A stretch of DNA of 64,000 nt from Candidatus Doudnabacteria bacterium (GTDB lineage Bacteria > Patescibacteriota > Doudnabacteria > UBA920 > VMFF01): positions 267,470 through 331,469 of the forward strand of contig CAWIZL010000004.1 of NCBI GenBank assembly GCA_963840645.1. Reading direction: 5' to 3'. A program made the position numbers and the translations under genes. Positions 9,674-19,826 of this stretch are shown here, piece after piece. The notes beneath the pieces are model-generated. The model worked only from the letters and a program-made list of their open reading frames with translations, made no database searches and was not told the origin of the DNA. Position 1 is the stretch's first letter. Every line of letters starts with the position of its first letter.

Positions 9674-11000
9674 ATGAAACCAGTCTACCGCTACGGCATT
9701 ATCGCGCTCTGCTTCGTGATTTTTTTTGTGTTTGGCACTGTGCTCGTCATTTTCACGACGGGTGAGGTGTACGACGCGAGCACGCACAGCTTTGTTCGAA
9801 CGGGCATCATTTCTGCTGCGACAGTCCCCAGTGGCGCACAAATTTTTTTGAACGGAAAACTGGCTGGCACCACGCCCGTGCACATCCGGTTCCTCACGCC
9901 TGGAAACTACGACGTGAAAATCACAAAGCCTGGCTACGGTGACTGGGAAAAAACGCTGGCCGTGCGCGGCGACTTCACCACGTACGTGAACCCAGACATC
10001 AGCGCAGTGTACATGTACAAGAGCCAGCCAACCGTGACACAGGTAGCGGCCGACGTGCAAGATTTCAGCGCAGCTGGCGGCACGTTCGTGTACGCAACGC
10101 CCAGCGCTCTCGTGGTGGCCAGCGTAGCTGACCCGAGCAAGCAGAGCGAGTATGCAGCTCCTGCTGCGCTGAACCTTGCGGGAAGCCAGCTCACCACATC
10201 ACCTGGCGGACAGTTCATTTTAATTCAGACTGCCCAGCTAGCAGCCGTGTTTGACGTGTGGCTCGAAAAAATTTACCGTGCTGCCAACAGCACTGCCAGG
10301 CTCTGTCCAAATCACTGACACCGGATCTCTGTACTGGCTGAACGGCACGTCGCTCAGCCAAGTTACGTGGCAGAGCCAGAACGTGGTGGCAACGCCAATC
10401 GCACAAAACGTGCTTGCCTTTGATGCCACAGGCCAAGGCATTTACGCTATTCAAAAAAACAGCCTGGCGTTTCTGCAATCTCCCACACTGCAGCCAACAA
10501 CGCTGCGAGAAAACTTGCCAAACTGGGTGAACGCGCGTCTCTACGTGAACAGCCAGAACCAAATTTTCATTAACGCTGATGGAGCGCTCTACAGCGTGAG
10601 CAGCGGCCTGAGTGCAATTGGCAGCAACGTGCAGACAGTCCTGTTCTACGAATCGTACGGCCAAGTGCTGTTTGCAACCACGAACGAAATCGACCTGTAC
10701 AACGTGACTGCTGGTTCAACGCAGCTCGTGGCAAGGACGTCTGCCACAATCAGCAACCCACAGGCAACGCTGGCGGAAGGATCCGTGTTCTTCATTGGAA
10801 ACGGAGAGCTGCAGACAATTGAGACTGACAGCCGCGACCACCAGAACAGCTACGTGCTGGCGTCGGCTGGTGCAGGGGCAAAGTCCCCGGGGCAGGGGGC
10901 AAAGTCCCCGGGGCAGGGGGCAAAGTTCTACGTGAGCAGCGATGCAAAGTACGTTGTGCTGCTCGACGGTGGCAACCTCACGCAGCTGCAGGTGCGCTAG
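9674..11000 (+). CDS. Membrane-anchored PEGA-domain protein (frame interrupted once)
   Basis: N-terminal TM helix and a PEGA region (SGAQIFLNGKLAGTTPVHIRFLTPGNYDVKITKPGY) in ORF 9674..10318. It continues in ORF 10251..11000. The break is near 10260. Confidence 0.65.
10875..10926 (+). repeat. 21-bp in-frame tandem repeat (2.5 copies) inside the PEGA gene
   Basis: ggggcaaagtccccggggcag occurs at 10875 and 10896, with a partial third copy. It encodes GAKSPGQ GAKSPGQ GAKF. Confidence 0.9.
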
Positions 11001-11406
11001 CATCGAGTGCGGCATTCACCAAAGTATCTGCTGCCTGGTTTTTCTCTCTGCGCACGTGGCTGAACGTAATTTTTTTGAATGAAGGCCTCATGGCCAGAAC
11101 CTGAGATGCCAGTGTCTTGAGCACCGGCTCTTTAATTTTGTACTGGCCGTTGAGCTGCTTGACCACGAGCTCGCTATCAAGGTAGCACTCAACCTCTGCG
11201 TAGCCAGCGTCTCGCGCCCACGCAACAGCAGCAATGAGCGCACTGTACTCAGCGTAGTTGTTCGTCTGCTCGCCAATGGCGCGAGAAATTTCGTGAACCT
11301 TGTTCATGTTGCCAGCAGCACCGCGCTCCCAAAACACTGCCCCAATTGCAGCTGGACCTGGGTTGCCGCGCGCACCGCCGTCTGTGTGGATAGTTAGCGT
11401 ATTCAT
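10978..11406 (-). CDS. rnhA: RNase HI-family ribonuclease
   Basis: MNTLTIHTDGGARGNPGPAAIG, then NNYAEY, then a DSELVVKQ pattern. The ATG at 11406 overlaps the recJ stop (ATGA). TTG at 11460 is less likely. Confidence 0.8.
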   Translation of the reverse strand: MNTLTIHTDGGARGNPGPAAIGAVFWERGAAGNMNKVHEISRAIGEQTNNYAEYSALIAAVAWARDAGYAEVECYLDSELVVKQLNGQYKIKEPVLKTLASQVLAMRPSFKKITFSHVRREKNQAADTLVNAALDASAPAAA

Positions 11407-13062
11407 GCTTGCTTCCTGTAGTCTACCACGCGGAGCTTCACGCGCCGCGCTCCGTTCCACGAATCGTCAATCAGCTCGAACGCCAAATCAACCCTTTCAC
11501 CCGGCTGCAGGCTCTGCGCTGATTTTCCAAACCCGAACGCAATGCACTTCACCGTGCTGCCGCTCGGCAGGCGAACCGTGAGCTGCAGGTGCTTTCCCTC
11601 TTTGCCAACAGGGTTCACGTCCAAAATTTCACAACCACGCAGCATGAAGAGCGGGCTGCGGTTGTCAACGCCAAACGGCTGGAGCTGCTGCACTGCATCG
11701 TACGTCTCTGCTACGACCTCAGCTGGCAGCAGCTCTGCCTCAATGTCTAAAACTTTGGCAAACTTTGCCACGTCTGCGTTCTCGCCCGCGTACGCGAGCA
11801 AATCGCGGTAGAAAATCTCTACGTCTTGCGTCTTTAAGGTGAAGCCTGCTGCAGCTGCGTGGCCGCCGTAGCGAACCAAGTGCTGCTTTGTAGCTGTGAG
11901 CGCATCAACAACGTTGAACCCTCCGAGGCTGCGTGCAGAGCCAGTAGACTCAACCTCGCCACGCTCGAGCACGAGCACTGGCCTAGAAAATTCTTCGACC
12001 AGCTTTCCCGCAACCAAGCCAACCACGCCCTTTGGCCAGTCTGTGCCAGATGCCAAGAGCACTGGGTTTTTTGCAATGAGCTCAAGCTGGCTGCGTGCCT
12101 CAGACATGACGTTCTCTGTTAAAACTTGGCGGCGGGCGTTCAAGGTTTCAAGCTGTGCCGCCAGCTCTGCCGCGCGGGCCGCATCATCTGTCGTGAGGAG
12201 GTCAAACGCAATTGACGCGTGCTCAATGCGGCCAGCTGCGTTGATGCGCGGCGCAACCATGAACCCCAGCGTGTACGTGTCGTACGGCTCGCGCGCAGAC
12301 TTGAGCAGCTCACGCAGCCCAGCCCACTTTGTCTTTGGCAAAACTTTCAGCCCGTAGCCAACCAAAATCCTGTTCTCGCCAATTAAAGAGTGGCAGTCTG
12401 CAACAGTGCCAATGGCAACTAAATCCAAGAACCACTTCTCGTAGCCGCCTGGCAGCTCGTGCATGTCGCGGTACGAGAGCAAGCCACACGCTAGCTTGAA
12501 CGAAACCCCAACTCCAACAAGCTCGTGGTACGGGTACGCGTCACTCGGATTTTTTGGGTTGATGAGCGCGTACGCACCAGGAACTGCGGCCTGTGAGCTC
12601 GTGGTGGTCTGTGATGATAAGGTCAATTCCGTGCGCCTTGCAAAACTCAGCCTCTGCTGTTGAGTTTGTGCCGCAGTCAACCGTAACGACAACGGACACG
12701 TCCTGGGCTGCAATACTTTCAAACGCTGCGAGGTTCAAGCCGTACCCTTCTGTGAATCGATCAGGAATGTACGTGCTCACGTCAGCGCCCAGCACCTTCA
12801 GGCAGCGAAAAATGACAGCGTTGGCTGTAATGGCGTCTGCGTCGTAGTCGCTGTAAATTAAAATTTTCTCCCCACCTGCTACTGCCTCCCAAATTCTGTC
12901 GCACGCAGCTCGCATGTCTTTAAAGAGGAACGGGTCGTGCATGCTCGCGTAGTCTAGGCGCAAGAAATCCGCAGCACCCTCTTGCGGGATGCCGCGGTTC
13001 TTGAGCAGCTGCTCAACCAAGCTCTTCTCTGTTCTCTCTCGAACGTTCCAGACTTTCTGCAT
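11403..13062 (-). CDS. recJ: Single-stranded-DNA-specific exonuclease RecJ (frame interrupted once)
   Basis: ORF 12541..13062 carries the DHH motifs (IYSDYDADAIT, TVDCG, ITDHHE). ORF 11403..12722 carries DHHA1 (GGHAAAAGF) and the OB-like C-terminus. The break is near 12600. Confidence 0.85.
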
Positions 13063-13231
13063 GGGAACAGTATACAGTAGTTAGTAGTTAGTAGTTAGTA
13101 GTTAGTAGTTAGTAGTTAGTAGTTAGTAGTTAGTAGTTAGTAGTTAGTAGTTAGTAGCTAAATTCGAACGGCAGGCTAACGAAAAGAAAGATTTTACGGA
13201 TCCGTCTATTGTCTACTAACCAGTAACTATT
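13063..13231. repeat. Stop-rich junction element, copy D (recJ | gpmI), core inverted relative to copies A-C
   Basis: The left arm is expanded into the TAGTTAG array. The core 13155-13210 (tagctaaattcgaacggcaggctaacgaaaagaaagattttacggatccgtcta) aligns to the reverse complement of the copy C core. Confidence 0.75.
13078..13157. repeat. Heptanucleotide microsatellite (TAGTTAG) x 11.4
   Basis: Perfect 7-nt periodicity counted from 13078 to 13154, plus a trailing tag. Confidence 0.97.
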
Positions 13232-14813
13232 GCCCCCAGCAAGCTCTGCCCTGTCATTTCAGGAGGCTTCTGCATGCCAAACAGCTCTAAAATTGTTGGC
13301 GCAATGTCAGAGAGTGCACCCTCTGGCATGATTGTTGATAGGTTCGGGTAGTCTAGGCGCTGGTCTGGCTGTGCACGCGCTAGCTCTGCGGCCACTACAA
13401 TGAATGGCACGGGGGCTGTTGTGTGGTCTTTGTTTATCTTGCCAGTGTCTGGGTCAACCATGTTCTCACAGTTGCCGTGGTCAGCGGTCACGATGAACAC
13501 GCCACCAACTGCGAGCACGGCATCTGCAATGCGGCCAATCTGAACATCCATTGCCTTCACGGCAGCGGTGGCAGCCTCAAGGTTGCCGGTGTGGCCAACC
13601 ATGTCTCCGTTTGCAAAGTTCACCACGTACAGGTTGAACTTTGGATCTGGAATTTTTGTGAGCAGTGCATCGGTGAGGGCTGCAACAGACATTTCTGGGT
13701 GGTCTGAGTAGTTGTTGGTGTTGTCTGGCTCTGGATGAACGTGCGCTCCTCGCCTGGCAGTGCATCCATTTTACCGCCATTGAAGAACGAGGTCACGTGC
13801 GCAAACTTCTCGCTCTCTGCAGAGTGGTACTGCCCCATGCCAGCTGCTGAAATAACAGACGGCAGGTCATCGACCAAGAGCGTTGGGCCGAACGCGACGT
13901 CAACCGCGATCTTATCCATGTACGATGTCATGGTGACAAAGCACAGGTCATCCAGCTTGGGGTGTGGGTGTTCTATCTGCATGCGCTCTGGCATGACGAA
14001 CGCCAGCGTGAGCTGGAGCGCCCTGTCTTGCCTGAAGTTGAAGAAGATGATGGCATCGCCAGCAGAAACTTTTGCCACTGGTGCGCCGTTCTCTACAATG
14101 ACCGTTGGCTTGATCATCTCGTCGAACACGTTGTGGCTGTAGTTCTCTGCAATGCACGAAAGGGGCGATGAGGCAACCTCGCCGACGCCGTTCACCATTG
14201 CCTGGTACTCCATCTCTGTTTGGTCCCAGTGGTTTCCCCTGTCCATTGCGTAGAAGCGACCAGAAATTGTTGCCACCTTGCCAACACCTATCTCTGAAAT
14301 CTTTTTGTTGAGCTTCTCGAGCGAGCGGAGCGCCACTTTTTCATCTGTGTCGCGGCCGTCCGTTATCATGTGGATGTAAGTCTCCTTAATCCCCTGGTCT
14401 GCTGCGAGCGCGAGCAGGGCGTACAGGTGCTCATCGTAGCTGTGCACGCCGCCTGGGCTCACCATGCCGAGCAGGTGCAGCTTTGAGCTGTTCTTCTTGA
14501 CGTGGGCACAGGCGTTCAAGAATGGTGGCATCTTGAAAAATTCACCGCTCTCAATGGACGTGGTGATGCGCGGCAGGTCTTGCGCCACGATGCGGCCAGC
14601 ACCCATGTTCAAGTGTCCAACCTCGGAGTTGCCAACCTCGCCCCACGGCAGGCCAACGAGCGGGCCAGATGCCTGCAGCGTTGCCGCTGGGTACCTGGCT
14701 ATTAGAGCATTGATGTGCTCTGGCTCTGCGAACGCAATTGCGTTGCCGCGAGAGCGCGGCGCAACGCCGAAGCCATCTAAGATGAGGAGCACAACTTTTT
14801 TGTAGATTTTCAT
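13216..14813 (-). CDS. gpmI: 2,3-bisphosphoglycerate-independent phosphoglycerate mutase (frame interrupted once)
   Basis: ORF 13620..14813 (LLILDGFG..., NSEVGHLNMGAGR) and ORF 13216..13692 (VNFANGDMVGHTG..., TADHGN) are colinear. The break is near 13715. Confidence 0.9.
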
Positions 14814-14830
14814 ATACTCATACTTTATAC

Positions 14831-16024
14831 CTATCCACCGAGTGCTGCAATTGCGGGCAGGCGTGTGCCCGCGAGGTACGCGAGCATCGCGCCGCCAGCT
14901 GTAGAGACAAAGTCAACCATGCTGGTCACCTTTGCGTGGTCGAGCAGGTTCAGCGTGTCTCCGCCGCCAACGACGCCGAACGCAATGCCCTGGCACCGCG
15001 CTGAGAACAGCATGGCAATGCTCACAGACCCGTGCGAGAACTGCGGCTGCTCAAATAGGCCGAGCGGCCCGTTCCAAACCATTTGCCTGGCAGCTTTAAT
15101 AACCTCTGCGAACTTTAAAATGGTAGCGGGGCCAATGTCAAAAATCACCTCGTCTGGGTGCACGTCTGTTGGCGCACACACGCGGATGCTGCTGTAGTCT
15201 GGCTTTGCCACGACAAAATCGACCGGCAGCACAATTTTTTCGCCAAAGTTGCGCAGCACGTCTTGCGCGAGCTGCAGGCTATCCTTTTCGCAAATTGACT
15301 TGCCAATCTCGTAGCCTTTTGCAAAGAGCAGGAGGTTCGCTGGCCCACCTGCAACGAGAATTGCATCGACGCGGCGACCCAGGTTCTGCACAGCACCAAC
15401 TTTGTCAGAAATCTTTGCGCCGCCAACTATGAAGAGCGAGGGGTGCTCTGCAGATGTGGCTATGCGGCTGAGCGCCTTCAGCTCCAGCTCAACGTTCAAG
15501 CCGGCAAACGACGGCAGGTAGCGCTCAACGCGAGACACAGAAGATTCATCCCTGTGCGCCATTGCAAAAGCGTCAAACACGTACAGATCGGCCAAGCTCG
15601 CCAAGGTTTTGGCAAACGTTTCATCGCACGCTTCTTCTTCTGCGTAGAAGCGGATGTTCTCGAGGAGCACCAGGTCGCTGGACTGCATGGCGTGCAGTTT
15701 GTCCTGGCTGTCTTTTTGACGAATGTCTGAATTGAAGAATGCCAGCTGCCCGCTTTCGTTCCCAACAGCGCGCCCCAAAATTTCTGCGAGGCACTGTGCC
15801 TGCGGCATGAGAGACTCTGACGTGTCCCAACCTTTTGGACGACCAGCTTTTGAAACAATGGTTACGCGACAGCCAGCTTCTAGCAAGAACTTCACCGTTG
15901 GCGCTGACTTCTGTATTCTGAAATCGTCCGTGACCGTGGTGCCATCGTGGGGCGCATCCAAATCTAGGCACAGCAGCACTGTCTTGCCGGCTAGATCTTT
16001 TTGCTCACGGATGTAGCGGATCAT
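14831..16024 (-). CDS. pgk: Phosphoglycerate kinase
   Basis: Intact 397-aa ORF with full-length PGK-like sequence (FIVGGAKISDK, GGGDT). Confidence 0.93.
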   Translation of the reverse strand: MIRYIREQKDLAGKTVLLCLDLDAPHDGTTVTDDFRIQKSAPTVKFLLEAGCRVTIVSKAGRPKGWDTSESLMPQAQCLAEILGRAVGNESGQLAFFNSDIRQKDSQDKLHAMQSSDLVLLENIRFYAEEEACDETFAKTLASLADLYVFDAFAMAHRDESSVSRVERYLPSFAGLNVELELKALSRIATSAEHPSLFIVGGAKISDKVGAVQNLGRRVDAILVAGGPANLLLFAKGYEIGKSICEKDSLQLAQDVLRNFGEKIVLPVDFVVAKPDYSSIRVCAPTDVHPDEVIFDIGPATILKFAEVIKAARQMVWNGPLGLFEQPQFSHGSVSIAMLFSARCQGIAFGVVGGGDTLNLLDHAKVTSMVDFVSTAGGAMLAYLAGTRLPAIAALGG

Positions 16025-16128
16025 GGAACAGTAGTTAATAGTTACTAGATAGTAGACAGGTCCAGTAAAATTTTCATTCTATTGATAAGCGGCAGTAATT
16101 TAGCTATTAACTATTACCTATTGACTAC
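16025..16128. repeat. Stop-rich junction element, copy B (pgk | gap)
   Basis: 16032-16041 tagttaatag pairs with 16104-16113 ctattaacta (10/10). The core is aaaattttcattctattgataagcggcagtaatttagcta. The gap stop TAG (16125) lies inside the right arm. Confidence 0.75.
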
Positions 16129-17147
16129 TTGCTTCCCACCATGATGACCTCTTCCACTAAGCGGTTCGAGTACCCAAACTCGTTGTCATACCACGCGACC
16201 ACTTTAGCAAAGTCGCCGTCTATTACTTCCGTAAGTTCTAGGTCAACAATGGCTGATGCTGGGTTGCCAACAATGTCTGACGAAACGAGCGCATCGCTGC
16301 TCACGGTAAGCTTGCCGGTAAAGCGCGGGGTCTTGCTCGCTGCAATAAATGCGTTGTTGATGTCGTCTCGCGTGGCTGGCTTTGCAAGCAGAACGGCGAA
16401 ATCCGAGAGTGAGCCAACTGGGGTTGGCACGCGCACAGACATTCCGTGGAATAAGCCTTTGAGCGCTGGAATTGCCTCTGTTGCCGCAATGGCTGCACCA
16501 GTTGTCGTTGGCACAATGTTGTTCGGTGCACTGCGGGCGCGGCGCATGTCTGTTGAGTGGCCGCCTGGCGGTGGGCCATCAACCAAGTTCTGCTCTGCTG
16601 TCATTGAGTGCACAGTGGTCATCATGAGCTTCTTGATGCCGAACGAATCCTCGAGCACCTGCACGACTGGCGTAATGCAGTTCGTGGTGCACGACGCGTT
16701 TGAAATAATTGGCTCGCCTTTGTAGTTTTGGTCGTTCACTGAGAGCACGTAGGTTGGCGTCTTGCCCTCGTCGTGCGTAGGAGCTGTGATGATCACCTTG
16801 CGAGCACCAGCTTTAATGTGGAGTGCTGCCTTATCGTAGTCTGTGAAGCGGCCTGTTGACTCGATCACCACGTCAATGCCCATCTTTGCCCACGGCAGAG
16901 CTGCTGGGTCTTTCTCTGCGACGACCTCCACGGGCTTGCCATCAACAATGATGTGGTTTGCGTCCCACGTGACCTCGCGGCTGTAGATGCCGTAGTTCGT
17001 ATCGTACTTCAAGAGCTTTGCGAGCACCTCTGGGCTGGTGAGGTCGTTGACTGCCACAACCTCAATTTCTGGTTTCTCTAGCGCGATCTTGAATGCCTGG
17101 CGCCCGATGCGCCCAAAGCCGTTTATTGCCAACTTTATTGTTGCCAT
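16125..17147 (-). CDS. gap: Glyceraldehyde-3-phosphate dehydrogenase
   Basis: Intact 340-aa ORF with INGFGRIGR NAD-binding motif and active site SNASCTTN. Confidence 0.95.
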   Translation of the reverse strand: MATIKLAINGFGRIGRQAFKIALEKPEIEVVAVNDLTSPEVLAKLLKYDTNYGIYSREVTWDANHIIVDGKPVEVVAEKDPAALPWAKMGIDVVIESTGRFTDYDKAALHIKAGARKVIITAPTHDEGKTPTYVLSVNDQNYKGEPIISNASCTTNCITPVVQVLEDSFGIKKLMMTTVHSMTAEQNLVDGPPPGGHSTDMRRARSAPNNIVPTTTGAAIAATEAIPALKGLFHGMSVRVPTPVGSLSDFAVLLAKPATRDDINNAFIAASKTPRFTGKLTVSSDALVSSDIVGNPASAIVDLELTEVIDGDFAKVVAWYDNEFGYSNRLVEEVIMVGSK

Positions 17148-17248
17148 GTTTATTGCTTGGTGGTTAATAGTTACACTTAGTATACAGTATAAGTATTAAG
17201 TAGATGAATTTCGTGCGCTACTGCATACTTATACTAACTACTGTCACA
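17148..17248. repeat. Stop-rich inverted-repeat junction element (arms only, different loop)
   Basis: agtataagtat...taagtag on the left pairs with ctact..atacttatact on the right. AT-rich, built of TAG/TAA units. Confidence 0.55.
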
Positions 17249-17792
17249 CTACGGCTGTGACCAGTCTACGGGCGTGACACCCTTCACGATTTGCCTGGCT
17301 GTGACGACCACTGGGATGAGGCTTCCGGCAGTGGTGTCGTAGAACGCCTCGTACTGCGTGCCTGGCACTGCTGAGTACACGTAGTACGAGCCAGCTGGCA
17401 CTGCAACGGAAAAATTGAGTGCCCCGTCCGCAAGTGGATGGAATACGTCTGGGTGTGCACAGTACAGAGATGAAGCGTTCACGGCAATGGCACACACGTA
17501 CAGCCCGCTGTCTTCTACGGCATCTGGCGAGTACTGCGTTGTGCCCGTGATGTGCGCTGTCGTGAGTGGCGAGGTGAGCGTCTTGAACACGGGCATCGGC
17601 GTTGCCTGCGTGCCACTGTGCGTCGGCACGTGCGCCACTGGAGAAAAGTCAACCACTGAGGCCTGCGAGTAGCTGGCGAGCCCCGTTCGTGTAGACCAAG
17701 GCTCCGAGCGCGCATATGCCGAGCATCACTATCACGAAAACCCTGAGTGCTACGTTGCTTCCCCCTACAGATGTACCTACAATGTCTGGCAT
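17249..17792 (-). CDS. Hypothetical membrane-anchored protein (frame interrupted once)
   Basis: ATG at 17792 gives MPDIVGTSVGGSNVALRVFVIVMLGICALGALVY (TM helix). A break near 17660 joins it to ORF 17249..17656, which is beta-rich (PAGSYYVYS). Confidence 0.4.
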
Positions 17793-17807
17793 ACTTGCTC
17801 TTGTTAC

Positions 17808-18823
17808 TTAGCTCTGGATTTTGCTCAGGAGGACTGCACGGAAACTGCCGTGCGCCTTGAGGTCGCGCTGCATCTGGGCGAGCGGCACGAGCCAGCCTGT
17901 GGCCCAACTTTTGTTGCCACAGATGCCCCGTTGCGCGCACCCCAGCGCAGGGCTTCGGTGACCGGTAAATTTCGCACGCGCGCAGCCATGAACCCAGTTG
18001 AGAAAGCATCGCCCGCGCCAGTTGCCTCAATTGGCTTGTGCGGGTAAATGCCTATGTAGTACAGCTCGCTATCGTGGAAGCAGTACGAGCCTTTCAAGCC
18101 GTCGGTGATGACAACCGTCACGGGCCCTGCTGCGTGCAGAGCGTGCGCGAGCTTCAGCACCTCTTCGTTGCGGCCGACGAGCATCTCTGCCTCCTCTTTG
18201 TTGACGAACAAAATTTCAGTGTGCCTCATGATCGGCCGCAGCTTTGCGAGGCCGAGCCTGAGCTGGAACGTGCCTGGGTTGAACGCCATTTTAATTTCTG
18301 GGTGTGCGCGCATAACTCTCTCAACCTGCGGGTGGAGCACCAGGCCTTTCTTACCTGCGTGCGTCAGGTATATCCACTTTGCCGATGCCACGCCTGCAGG
18401 CAACTTGTACGAGTAGTCCTGGTGCTTAATGAGAATGGTGCGCTCGTCGCCGTGCCACAGCACGACGTGAAAGTTTGTCGGCTTGCCCTTCTGCGTGCTC
18501 ATGAAATCCATGTGCACGTGGTCTGCGTTGAGCGCCTTCAGAATAATGTGAGAGTTGTGGTCATTGCCAACTGTTCCGTACAGGGCTGACTTAAAGCCCA
18601 GACGGGATGAGCCGATCGCCACGTTGGCTGCATTGCCGGCTGACAGCTGGTACAGCTCCTCGTACGGGATTTTACTGCCAAACGCAAAGCAGAGCATTGG
18701 GTGCTCGCCGTTCTTGTCAAAGGTCACGGTTGCCTCGTTCACCCTGAGGAACGTGTCCACGACGCAGTCACCTATGCTCACCACGTCAAACTTTTTTTTA
18801 GCTACCCTGGTTTTCTTTGCCAT
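17808..18823 (-). CDS. PfkB-family carbohydrate kinase (frame interrupted once near the 3' end)
   Basis: MAKKTRVAKKKFDVVSIGD..., then the GAGDAF motif, inside ORF 17825..19009. Shifting frame near 17885 gives a natural tail LVPLAQMQRDLKAHGSFRAVLLSKIQS with stop at 17808. Confidence 0.8.
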
Positions 18824-18824
18824 G

Positions 18825-19826
18825 CTACTTTCCTTTCCTGGATAATGCTTTTCTGGTTGCCTGAATGATTGCGGCAGTGTCCATGCCGTACTTTGCCAAG
18901 AGCTCGCCTGGCTCGCCGCTCTCGCCGAACGTATCCTGCATGCCAACCATTTCAACTGGCACTGGACTGTGGCGCGCCAGCACCTCGCACACGGCGCTGC
19001 CGCAGCCACCCATCACCTGGTGCTCTTCTACGGTCACGACCGCGCCGCACTTCTGGCTAGCAGCCACAACTGCAGCTACGTCAATTGGCTTGATGGTGTG
19101 GCTGTTGAGGACGAGCACTGAGGTGCCCTCTTTTGCCAGGTCTTCTGCTGCGAGCAGCGCGCTGTACAGAATGGTGGCCGCTGCCAATAATTGCCACGTC
19201 TGTGCCATCGCGCAGCAGCTGGGCTTTGCCAATCTCAAATGCCATGTGCTCAGTGGTGAACACAGGGCCGGGTCGCGCGTGAAGCGAAGGTACACTGGGC
19301 CAACGCGGCGTCCAGCTGCAATGGTGGCTTTTCGAGTTTGAATAGAGTCGCACGGCACGACCACTGCCACGTTGGGCAGCACGCGCATGGTGGCAACGTC
19401 TTCGAGCGCCTGGTGCGTGGCGCCATCTGGCCCAACTGAAACGCCCGTGTGTGCGCCCGCGATTTTCACGTTTGCCTGGCTGTACGCAACGCTCACGCGC
19501 GCCTGGTCCCAGCTGCGGCCAGGAGAAAAAGTTGCGTACGAAGAAACGAACGGAACTTTGCCGCTCAGCGCCAAGCCTGCTGCAATGCCCATGAGGTTCT
19601 GCTCTGCAACGCCAACTTCAAAGAAGCGGTCTGGGAATTTTTTTCCAAACGCAGCAGCACGCGTTGACTCTGCGAGATCACCGGTCAGAACGACAACGTT
19701 CTCGTTCTCGTCGCCGAGGTCGAGCAAGCCTTCGCCGTAGCCATTGCGCGTTGGCACGTGCTCAATGTCAGGCCTGCCCACTTTTGGGTTCAGCTGTTCG
19801 AGCGATGGAAGTTCAAAGTTTGCCAT
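18825..19826 (-). CDS. tkt: Transketolase, C-terminal (pyrimidine-binding plus C-terminal domain) subunit, with two compensating frame breaks
   Basis: The ORF stays open. Residues about 185-220 read as junk, while ORF 19081..19353 carries the expected GPVFTTEHMAFEIGKAQLLRDGTDVAIIGSG. Confidence 0.85.
   Translation of the reverse strand: MANFELPSLEQLNPKVGRPDIEHVPTRNGYGEGLLDLGDENENVVVLTGDLAESTRAAAFGKKFPDRFFEVGVAEQNLMGIAAGLALSGKVPFVSSYATFSPGRSWDQARVSVAYSQANVKIAGAHTGVSVGPDGATHQALEDVATMRVLPNVAVVVPCDSIQTRKATIAAGRRVGPVYLRFTRDPALCSPLSTWHLRLAKPSCCAMAQTWQLLAAATILYSALLAAEDLAKEGTSVLVLNSHTIKPIDVAAVVAASQKCGAVVTVEEHQVMGGCGSAVCEVLARHSPVPVEMVGMQDTFGESGEPGELLAKYGMDTAAIIQATRKALSRKGK

Noticed and set aside
13078-13157. 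A repeat array that could be mistaken for a CRISPR array
   Set aside because: The unit is only 7 nt, perfectly tandem, with no spacers. There are no cas genes in the window. It is a microsatellite derived from a junction-element arm.
13196-13205. GGATCC-containing palindromes as a cloning-vector or adaptor artefact
   Set aside because: They occur inside two diverged copies of the same genomic repeat (13196 and about 45484), embedded in unique flanks. Degenerate versions occur in the other copies.
17515-18030. A 171-aa minus-strand ORF overlapping the pfkB 3' region
   Set aside because: It has an extremely R-rich composition and is out of frame with the well-supported kinase. It is explained by the local frame break plus GC-rich sequence.
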